This document shows positions 12,060 through 21,814 of a DNA stretch of 64,000 nt, one piece after another. The DNA is from Takakia lepidozioides. Taxonomy: Eukaryota > Plantae > Bryophyta. Made by a program: the position numbers and the translations under genes. Numbering within the stretch: the first letter of the stretch is position 1; each line of letters starts with the position of its first letter. The stretch lies in contig CM060734.1 of the NCBI GenBank assembly GCA_030704615.1, forward strand, positions 14,508,001 to 14,572,000, in the 5' to 3' direction. Under the pieces are notes generated by a model that was not told where the DNA came from, did not search any database, and saw only the letters and a list, made by a program, of their open reading frames with translations.

Positions 12060-13430
12060 CAGGGATCATTGCAAAGCATTGCACTGACCTCGTTCATACT
12101 CAAAGTAGGATAATTAATTAAGGGGCTATCAGCACTACAACGGAGACACCGAAGAAAAATCTAGTGTATGTGCTTGCAGTGGGTGTACCCTTCCTTGAGA
12201 TTGCGCATCTTCACAAAGTCGGGACATGTGCACTCCGGGTAAATGCCAATTGAGACGTAATAAACCTGCCCATTGGTCGCTGAGCCTGAAGTACTGATGG
12301 TGTAAACTCTTCCCATTCCCGGTTGAGGAACATCACGGAAGTTATGAATGATACCTCGCAGTGACATCGCCAATCCCACTTTCGTCCTATTAACAGCTGT
12401 CTGCTTTTTTCGGTTAAATTGCTTGCCCCATCTGCATTTGGGGTAATAGTCCCCATTCTCATGAGCTCCGAGTTGCTGGGCACCAACGTCCTCCTCCATT
12501 TCAAAAACGCGGGATATCATCCCTCAGGACCAGGCGAAACCCGGCTGCATCCAATGAGTTAACTTCATCCTGAGTCAAATCAGTTCCTGGCATCACAGGC
12601 CATACCTATGGTGGCTCAGGTCTGTCCTTTGCATCTCGGTGGACTCCCCCACGAACACACTGCTGAATATCATGAGGACAAAACTAGAACTCATGCAATT
12701 TCGGTTTTGCAAAAACTGGGTTGTAGCACATTCCAATGTACTTCGGAGCTGGAATGCCAGACGATTTTGAAGGACGGATCTGCTGCTTGTAGGGCTGCCC
12801 GCTGTCAACACAAATACCCCAACAGTGGGCGCATGACAAGTCCGTCGTTCTTGCAATATGCCAATTTGCAATGGACACTGAAGTCTCCAATACTGGTTTT
12901 CCGTATTGCCTCGGAACACTGTTGTAGTTGGCCGGTGCCATGTTGTCCTCCTCACCCAGCTGCTCCACATGCACTCGGGAGCCACCTGCACCAAAAGCCC
13001 GCCTCGGTCGAGTCCGCATGTTCATATCCGCCCGCCGTGAATGCTGATCCTCCTCCTCGTCCAGATTGTGGACGAATATCTTATTCTTTGTAGTGCGTGT
13101 GAAAAGGTCACCTTCCAAACCGTCCGCACGGTTATGCAGTGGTGTGCTAACCACAAATGTCTTCAGAGCTTCCGCCATTTTGTTTGGGTCACTTGACTTC
13201 CATGCCGCACGCACCAGCAAATCCTCTCGGCTGGGTCCAACTCCTTTTCTGCCCCCATTAAGGAACAAACGGTACCCGGATGTCTACAAGCACGCACGCA
13301 TGATATCATGTTGTGTTGTCTTATACAAGTCCGACTTCACCGAGCCACTTCCTGCTTGCCAGTTCGCGTGTATCGATTCAGACATATTCACATTGAGCAT
13401 GTCCGCGTTCTCCTCCAAACTGTCCCTGAA
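12060..13430 (-). pseudogene. Degenerate Mutator-like transposase exon 2 with catalytic-Glu region and SWIM finger
   Basis: NMSESIHANW (compare NMAESVHSSW), GVGPSREDLL, LEGD, FCPHD and CTCPDF...CKHIH, with stops and frameshifts. Confidence 0.85.
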
Positions 13431-13454
13431 ACACACGATACAACTTGTAATATG

Positions 13455-13875
13455 AGAGTCGGCACAGACTTACAGGTGCCCAAAAACCCCCAATGCACAT
13501 ACATGCCAAAGTGGACTATTTAGTTATACAGACGGATTGGGAAGTCGGCACAGAATTACGGATGTACTTGGGCATAAAAACGGAATAAACATACTGGAAA
13601 GTCATCACAGACTTCCCTGTCTGTACTCCGCTACCTGCGAGCCGGACATGGGAAGTCTGCACACACTTACAAAGATTTATGGACAGAGAATCCAAAAAGC
13701 ACAGTGGTAAGTCGGCACAGACTTCCCTGTCTGCCCTCACAAGTATGGACATGGGAAGTCTGCACAGACTCAGAGAGTTGGCTGGGCATACACTCGCAAT
13801 AACACACTGATAAGTTGGCACAGACGTCCCGTTCAGCACACAAGTCCGACATGGGAAGGCTGCACAGACTTGCAC
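13455..13875. repeat. Array of AAGTC-GGCACA-GACTT pseudo-palindromes (also at 11505-11870)
   Basis: About 9 spaced variants of GGAAGTCGGCACAGACTT just upstream of exon 2 (intron position), plus about 4 in the subterminal region. Confidence 0.8.
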
Positions 13876-14057
13876 GGGTTTGTGGGTACAGAATCGCAAT
13901 AGCTGTAGAATAAAACTATAATCAACCCTAAAGAAAAGGATCAATCAGTCTAGAGTTCGTTCGTTGGGGAAAGCACTATACGACTAATACATAATGATGC
14001 CCTGCTACTCTATTTCTCTTCATTCTCCCCTCTGAAGACGTTCTACCATTACTTACC

Positions 14058-14348
14058 TCAATCTATAGCAACTAAGATCCTACCAGTTTCAATGATACTT
14101 CCTCCACTCTCTATCAACTCTGTCCCATTGTATGAGATCAAATACCATTGCTCATCTACTACTCTTCTCCAGTAATCTCTCTGATACAAGGTCAACAGCT
14201 CTCGATACCATCCTTTATTTACCAACCATAAATTGATTATCTCTCTGTCACTACATTGCAATCTTTTAAAAATATCTAGCGACAGACTATTAGGCAGTCC
14301 AGTAATTAGTTCTACAGGATATGCTATCCGTTCTTTTCCACACATCAC
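14058..14348 (-). CDS. Small F-box-like ORF in a retroelement-associated region
   Basis: ELITGLPNSLSLDIFKRL...LWLVNKGWY resembles the plant F-box consensus LIPGLPDD...L..V.K.W; paralog of the adjacent ORF. Confidence 0.55.
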   Translation of the reverse strand: MMCGKERIAYPVELITGLPNSLSLDIFKRLQCSDREIINLWLVNKGWYRELLTLYQRDYWRRVVDEQWYLISYNGTELIESGGSIIETGRILVAID

Positions 14349-14361
14349 TATTGATCACTCT

Positions 14362-14670
14362 TTACCACCAATTCTGTTTCTCTAGTTGCTCCAGGGATTT
14401 TCCCTCACCAAAATTATGATTCCATTCTCTCATAAGTTCAGGATAGCCTTCAAATGGTCGATACCACTTCTGCAACCAATTGTGCTTCCAATAACAACTC
14501 CTGTATAGGATGGATATCTCTCTATACCATCCTGTATTGACTAATTGCAATAAGAATACTTCTTTATCGCTACAACAAAGCTTCTGAAAGATTATTATCG
14601 ATAAATGATCTGGTAATCCAGTGATCAACTCTGATACTTCTTTTATTCCTTCATCATTGCTTTCTGCCAT
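14362..14670 (-). CDS. Small F-box-like ORF in a retroelement-associated region
   Basis: ELITGLPDHLSIIIFQKL...LQLVNTGWYREI; tandem paralog of 14058-14348. Confidence 0.55.
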   Translation of the reverse strand: MAESNDEGIKEVSELITGLPDHLSIIIFQKLCCSDKEVFLLQLVNTGWYREISILYRSCYWKHNWLQKWYRPFEGYPELMREWNHNFGEGKSLEQLEKQNWW

Positions 14671-14807
14671 ACAAATGATTTTACTTCACTGTTGTGATCC
14701 TACCATTAATCCAATTGAAGACTCCCTATCTTCGTTTCCTTAATCTGCTCCTTCTTGAGCTTTGGATATCCACCTATCGATATTTCTCTTGGTAGACCAG
14801 AAACTAA

Positions 14808-14865
14808 GGGGGCTGCTATTTCATGAGCGGCATGAGCATGAGCGGAAAAAAAAAAAGCATGAGCA
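14808..14865 (+). repeat. Left TIR with CATGAG(CGG) sub-repeats
   Basis: GGGGGCTGCTATTTCATGAGCGGCATGAGCATGAGCGG, inverted relative to 29200-29262. Confidence 0.88.
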
Positions 14866-15028
14866 GACCATTGTGAGTCCACGGAAATAGGGTTAGGAGG
14901 CACGGAAATAGGGTCATGTGAAGTTGGAATGTGGCACCAGTGGACTTGAAATGCAACATTTTATTGCAAATTTTGTGGCAAGCCACGTCTATACAAGTGT
15001 GTTCTAACTGTCATAGCCGGAATGGGCA

Positions 15029-18000
15029 CTACTCTCCTACACCCTCCGAGGAACTTGCCCCACCTTCTTCCTCATCCCCCTCATCCCCCTCATCCTCCGA
15101 GCTATGTGATGCATCAGTTCCACTATGCCTCTCAAAAATCCCGTCCTCTCCTTGGGGGACTGTCCACCTCACCTCCTGGGAATCTTCTGCGTCTTCTCCC
15201 CCACTTTCCTCAGCAGAACCCAACACAAATCTACGAGCCCGACGGGCTCTAATAGCTGCTGCCTCCTCCCTCATCTTCATTTTCTTGAGGCTTGCCTCGT
15301 CTAAAATCTGCTGTACACGACTACGTTCGGAACACCTCCTAATGGACACCGAAGCAAGCCGGGCAGCATAAGTAGGAAGGATGTACTCCCTTTCTGGACT
15401 AGGCATGAAATCCCCCCTGGCAAAAAAAGGCACGTTCCTCCTGCCCATGAACTCCGGTGTAGACGTCCCTCCGGCAGTACTTGGCATCCTACAGTAAGAA
15501 CAAATCCACTTGAAGAATGTCAATACCAGCACAACCAGAAAGGGTTTTCAATGAAATAAGAGAGCGGAGGGAGGTGCCTCACAAAATCTGGAGGCAACTT
15601 ACAATGCCACCACTCACTCGTAAACCGGGGGCTCCTCGGCCTCGATCCCAACTTCCTCCCCCTGCTCCTTCTCGGATTTTTCCTCATCCTCCGAGGATGC
15701 CTCTTCCTCTTTCGGCAGACGTTCAGCCGCTGCAAGTTCCGAGTTGTGGAGGGCAGTATCTGGCTCGAAGGCGAACACATGCCTGTCGGACAACGTCCCT
15801 GCCCACATTGAAGCACCTGAGGAACAAAGCGGGCGGTTAATAGCTTGCGGCATGCAATTGCAATGGGGCCAGGGGACAAACTGAGCACGTGAAGGCTTAC
15901 CCGTGCCGCATGTGAGGTCCAGAATCCGCCCTTGGACATCCGAGCACGTCTCCATGAGGGTTTGGATGAAAGCAGGGCTCCGGGTCCGGCTGTACCGCCA
16001 CGGTTTGCCTGTCTTTGTGTCCTTCGGCATACTAGAGTGGGGCACATAGTTGTAGAGGACATCGTAGGTTACAGGGTCCACAGCGGCATCAACAAGACGA
16101 CCGTCGTTGCGGAATTTGAACGTAGACCCTCTCTTCACAAAGCAATATGCCTCAAACACCAATGTCTGCACATCCAACAAAGAAGGGATCAATTCCAGGG
16201 TCTACTTAACATACACCACAATATGAAGTGAATGCAATAGATTGATAACTTACACTTTGGCCCTCTGTTCGCAACCCCTGCGTACTGATGCAGAACCATT
16301 TTCTGAGGAGGACCGGGGTGACACTTTTCGGTGTCCACCTTGCCACCGCATTCTCTGTGGTCTTCCCTCTCGTGGCAAGGACAACCACACATCCACCGTC
16401 ATCCAGAAGCATCCCCGCCAGCCCAAACCCGGCTTTCCAGTAGTCCTCAGTAAACCTGTTCCAGGTGGGCACACCATCCAGGCCCTCCAGCAGCTCCCCA
16501 TCTGGAATGTCGAGGAGAATCATGTCGCAAGCTCTCTCCACCTCAACCCCCCCCCGAGTGCTCTTGCAATTCGTGCTCACAGCCGTGAAGAATTCCATCA
16601 TGGCTTCAAAACCAGGGGTGTCTTTAGGCTCTGTACCGGCAGCCCTCTTCTTGGCTTTCCCCTTCTGCTCCGCCAGAGACTTGTTGTGTGCCACCTTCTT
16701 CGCCCTGGCAGCGAGAGCGTCAAGGAAGCTCTCATTGACGCATTGGATGATGGTTGGAGGTTCTAGCTTTGGCCTGTGCGTAAACGTCACCGCCGAATAC
16801 CGCCGTGTAGGCTCGCCCTCAAATGCCAACTTCTTGGCAGAGCCAGTCCCACTCCGAACTGACTTGGGAACCCGGACGACCGGTGACTGGGTAGGAGCAA
16901 CAGCAGTCGCAGGACCTTGAACAAAATCGGCGTCGGAGTCACTCTCTTGGGTCCCCTCCTGCGCCTCCTCCGATGCCCCGATGGTTTTCTTCTTTTTGGG
17001 TGTTACTGCAGTCACCTGTTTCCTTGTCCTTTTCCTTTGACCTTTACTCTTCTCATGCAATTTCTCCTGAATTCCTGCCTGAGCAAGCTCTGCCGCTTTC
17101 CTGGAGTTCGCAAGCGCTTTTGCCTCTTTTGCACCCAACGGAGGCAGCGGAGCCCGGTTTCGTCGGAATTCAGCATCCAGCTTCAATTGAAACTCGGATG
17201 GGTCGAGCGAGCCGGGCGGAAGGTCCACATACCAAGGGCAATCACGCAAATGTTCCAGATGCCACTCCTTCACAATATCGTCAGTGTACATGGAGTCAGC
17301 CCCAGGGTTCCTCCATGCCAGGAAGAATGGTGGCTCGAAAGACAGATGACCTTTCTCCAAAAGGGAGAACTTACAGTACCTGCATTCATGAAAAACACAA
17401 TGAGGTCCGAAAATGGCTAAGTCCCTGAACGGCAATAGGGCCTACAACTGGAATATGGCGCCGAATTTCCACTTCAGGGCCACCCAGTCTAGGGACTTAG
17501 CCCGAAAATGGCTAAGTCCCTGAACGGCAATACGGCCTGGAACTGGAAAATGGCGCCGAATTTCCAGTTCCGGGCCAGCCACCCTAGGGACTTAGCCCGA
17601 AAATGGCTAAGTCCCTGGACGGCAATAGGGCCTAGAACTGGAAAACGGCGCCGAATTTCCAGTTCCGGGCCAGCCACACTAGGGACTTAGCCCGAAAATG
17701 GCTAAGTCCCTGGACGGCAATAGGGCCTAGAACTGGAAAACGGCGCCGAATTTCCAGTTCCTGGCCAGCCACCGTAGGGACTTAGACCGAAAATGGCTAA
17801 GTCCCTGGACGGCAATAGGGCCTGGAACTGGAATATGGCGCCGAATTTCCACTTCAGGGCCAGCCAGTCTAGGGACTTAGCCCGAAAATGGCTAAGTCCC
17901 TGAACGGCAATACGGCCTGGAACTGGAAAAGGGCGCCGAATTTCCAGTTCAGGGCCAGCCAGTCTAGGGACTTAGCCCGAAAATGGCTAAGTCCCTGGAC

Positions 18001-21000
18001 GGCAATAGGGCCTAGAACTGGAAAACGGCGCCGAATTTCCAGTTGCGGGCCAGCCACACTAGGGACTTAGGCCGAAAATGGCTAAGTCCCTGAACGGCAA
18101 TAGGGCCTAAAACTGGAATATGGCGCCGAATTTCCACTTCAGGGCCAGCCAGTCTAGGGACTTAGGCCGAAAATGGCTAAGTCCCTGAACGGCAATAGGG
18201 CCTGGAACTGGAAAATGGCGCCGAATTTCCAGTTCCGGGCCAGCCAGTCTAGGGACTTAGCCATTTTCGGAGCCCTGACTGGAAATTCGGCGCCATTTTC
18301 CCTAACACCACTTGAGGCCTCTAACATCCTGAAATGCCAGGACTTGAAAGAAAGGCAGCGCGTATGTACCTGTACAGAAGGCGCATTGCTGCTTTGTCCG
18401 CGTTCGGCTGGTCGGTGAACTCGTGGCTCCGGCGAGCATCTGCTATCTCCCGAAAGAATAGGTTGGTTTTGTAGAGCAGAAAGTACCTCGTCACATAGTC
18501 ACGTAGGCTCTCTGCTGCAGGAGATATCTCCATCTTGAACTGATGTGCTTGTGTGTCCAGCTGCTCTTGCGCATTCGTCGTCACCTGTGGAGATTGTCCA
18601 TCAGATCGCTTTCCTCAAAAAATACAATGAATCCACCCCCTACTAGAGTAGAAGCCCCAAACGAAGCGTGGGGAAGTACCTGAAACCACCATGTCATGCG
18701 GTTCATCCACATGTCGAATGTGGGGTCAGAGAGTTTGTCCGGTTTGGGGAAGCTCCACATGTCCCTGGTACTTTGGGAACCATTCCAGATTTGGAGCCAC
18801 CGGGTCTGTCCAACCACCCAGCATATTCGTAAGCGCCAAACACCACAAAAAGGAGTTGTTGCCACCACAATTTGGTTAAGAATGTATCACCTTTTCTGTT
18901 GCATCCACACAGGATGTGGCTAGACGATGGAGCTTCTCCAATGTCATCGTGGGCTTCAGAGCGCGAGAGTAGTGCTTCCCCACCTCCACCAGAAAGTCGG
19001 CACCAAGGGCGGGATCAGCTATGGCCACGTACTTTACCATCCGCGACTTGTACTTTATGCGGGCCCTCACCTCCGCAGCTTTGACATACGATTCGAGTTC
19101 CGGGAGGGTTGGATTCTTCTCCTCTGACTCCATGTAGAACCTCCGCGCATGTGCCAAATCCTGCTGTATTTTCGTCTGTCAAGAATGCGCACATAAGATT
19201 AGAGATCCTGCTCAACACAATTTCTTCTATTGGGGGAGGAGAGACAGATTAGCTCAACAAAACTGTCAGGAGCTTTACCCGAAATATGTAGTCCACCATG
19301 GCGTCGACGCTCAGCCTATACCAGGTTCTGTCTGCCTTTGCCTCCGACTTGCGCAGGAGGTCGGCACTGAGGGAATTGGCAAACTCTTGCACCCCCTGCT
19401 TCCCGACATCCTTCACTCGGAAGAGCATATGGGACAAGTTGGTGGCAATGAAGGCATTCTCAGTCACCCTGCAGTGCCACATTTCCATCAAACAATACTG
19501 AAATGGGAATTTTCATCATATATGAGGATTCGCAATGAAATGACTTCCAAATTCAAAGTCCAAAAGCGAGAGGGGTTGTAGCTTACGAGTTGATGTCGGC
19601 CATTGCAGCTTTGAGAAGACTGCGATCTTTGGGCCCCGCAACCTTCAGCACAACACAATCGACGGCGAAATGCCAATCGAGATCGTTGGGGTGGGCTTGG
19701 GCAATGTGCTCCATCCATGCCAGGAGGCGATGATTGCCGTCCCACACGTAGAACATCTTACCGGACATGTGCTGGAAAAGAGGATCACTAGCAATCGATC
19801 TCTCGAACTCCTCATTTCGCGTTTGCCAATGGGGACCCCATTTGTCCACCTCATCGGAAGTGTGGGCACGGGAAGCTCCGTGGTCGTTCTCAATGGAAAC
19901 GTAAAAGGCGGCAGACCCCATTCGATATCCATCCCGGAAAGAGAATTTCAGCTTGTCGATATCGCCTGGGAGGGCAGGTCTCACCACCTGCAATGACACC
20001 AAGCGGCAAAGGGGAATTCGAAGCTTGGCCGGGTACACCATGCCCCCCAGCACCCTGCCAATGTTGCTGTGGGTTGCCTCCAACATCTTGGCAGCGGCCA
20101 ACTTCATATCCGCCTCAGACATGACGTCTGCTGCAGAGGGGTTTTCCGGCAGCCCACCAGGACCGCCAAATCCAGCCTGTATGCTCCGGGTTTGGGGCCT
20201 GGGGATGTCCGGGAGGATGTCATCCTGGTCAGAAACCTCCATGTCGTCCTCCTCAACAGGGTCAGCCACCTGCGAAACCACCTCCAGCACTCTCGTCGTC
20301 TCTACTGCCCTCTCCCTGGCTTCACCTCGAACTTGCACAATCCGTGCTCTTTCAGGTGTTCTTTCCTCTCCTCCACTCTCCACCGTATGGGTAATTGCGG
20401 GGGCTGCTCTTGCCCGCGATGGTCTAACCGGTGTGCTACTGCCTCTCTGTGGTGTCTTGTAGGGATCCACCGTCTCTGTGGGTCCCTCGCTTACATTGGC
20501 ATCTGTCATTTGGGCACCCCTGGCCTCTTCAGCTGCCTTTTGTCTTTCCTCCTGGCTAGCATTCTGTCTCGTCTGTTCTTTTGCCCTCTCTTTTGCCCTC
20601 TCACGGGCTTTCTGTTTCTTACTAGGGCTAGCAGCAGGGGAGCCCTCCAGGACGACCACCTTTGATTGAGGCGAACTGACACCCTCGCGCGCACTGCTCA
20701 CTCCCCCTCTCCGCAGCCCGTGACTGCTCTCTCGCCGGGGATTGCATGTGCTTAGCTTTCTTCTTTTTCTTTGCGTGGGCGGGCCCTACTGCATGTGCAT
20801 GAACAACCTCCATTGCCGGATCTGCTGTCCTCATGTCCTCACGCCCTTCACCTGCCATGCCGCCTGCACCAACCTCCCCAATGCCTACTCTGTCGTAATC
20901 TCGTTGCAAGTCCTCCCGTCCACCAACAAAAGGTTTAAGTTTGCCCTCTCGCCCCAAGTTGGGCGATTCAAACATGCGATGAGTTGGAGCTGTCGATGAT

Positions 21001-21565
21001 ACCACCAGCGTGCCGGGCTCGTCGTCACTCTGTCATTGACAAAAATCGTGAAAACCAACATCGGTGCAAAAAGCAGCATCGCAACGAGCAGCGCAACCAC
21101 CATAGCAACAATCATGTAGCAAAAATGAAAACATAACAAGTTTAGGAAGTATGGAGAGCCATGCAACAACAATGAAAACAAATGCAACCATTGCCTAAGA
21201 ATGACATGCACAAGCAGCCTTCTCCAGAGCTGCCGGATTTGCACACGCATTGCAAACAATCTAAGGTTCACTCAACTATCTAAAGTTCACTCATACAGCA
21301 AAGCCAGGATGAAGATGCAAAAACAAAGCGAGGTAACAAAGCGAAAGCAAAAAATAAATCGAACAAACCGAAAGCAGAAGTGGCTTGCCTGAGAGTACTC
21401 GGCTTCAGTTGGCGCAGGTTGTGAGCAAGACACTGGAATCTCCTGCTGGAGCTTCAGTTTGGCCATGCGAGAGATTGGCCGTCGTCCGTAGTACAGAGCT
21501 TTCAACTTCCGCCGCGGTCTGGATGTGAGGTCTCTCTCAGGAGAGCCACGCCCTTCAGGCGGCAT
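15029..21565 (-). CDS. Multi-exon ParB/Srx-like domain plus beta-class amino (N6A/N4C)-DNA methyltransferase-like protein, more than 1,300 aa
   Basis: Frame-preserving GT-AG exons 20701-19587, 19468-19279, 19175-18891, 18805-18680, 18584-18370, 17379-16254, 16165-15901, 15816-15618, 15488-15029. ParB motif FYVWDGNHRL; motif IV-like CDMILLDIPDG; spliced RSPAFIQTLMETCSDVQGRILDLTCGTGASMWAGTLSDRHVFAFEPD. The 5' end is uncertain: a candidate exon 21565-21389 (GC donor) and an exon from 21029 need a 1-nt shift or short intron near 20630-20786. Confidence 0.78.
17406..18295. repeat. Nine 95-bp tandem units inside a 990-bp intron, each with two hairpins
   Basis: Period of 95 (17501, 17596, 17691...). 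Hairpins AGGGACTTAGCC-n7-GGCTAAGTCCCT and GAACTGGAAAATGGCGCCGAATTTCCAGTTC. Confidence 0.95.
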
Positions 21566-21814
21566 AAGTCCCAGCCAAAAAGATCTCCTTTTTTGGGGTA
21601 CATGCCTGGAATACCATGTTAAGCCAAGTTTAGCATGAGATTTAGGGTACGTGTCCAGGAAGCCATGCGTCGCCAGCCCGAATAATAACCGACGGCCGTC
21701 GACATTTATTGCCCAACTGCGCAATTAAATGTCGGATGAAGCCCTCCATGTCGGATGAAAATCGACGTAAACAGTCCCGGAATTTCCAACGTAGAGGTAA
21801 TTCGGAGCGCTGCA

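Larger units (their letters stand above)
11024..13890 (-). mobile_element. 3' fragment of a diverged Mutator-like element (terminus near 11024, transposase exon 2, intronic repeats)
   Basis: TIR-like TGGGTTTGTATTTTCTATGAGCCATGAGC at ~11024, transposase exon-2 homology at 12060-13430, and its own repeat motif. Confidence 0.7.

Noticed and set aside
15029-20701. Bacterial or phage contamination as the source of the ParB-MTase gene
   Set aside because: The gene has eight frame-preserving GT-AG introns in this span, several shared with a paralog, and lies within TIRs and a TSD in plant TE context.
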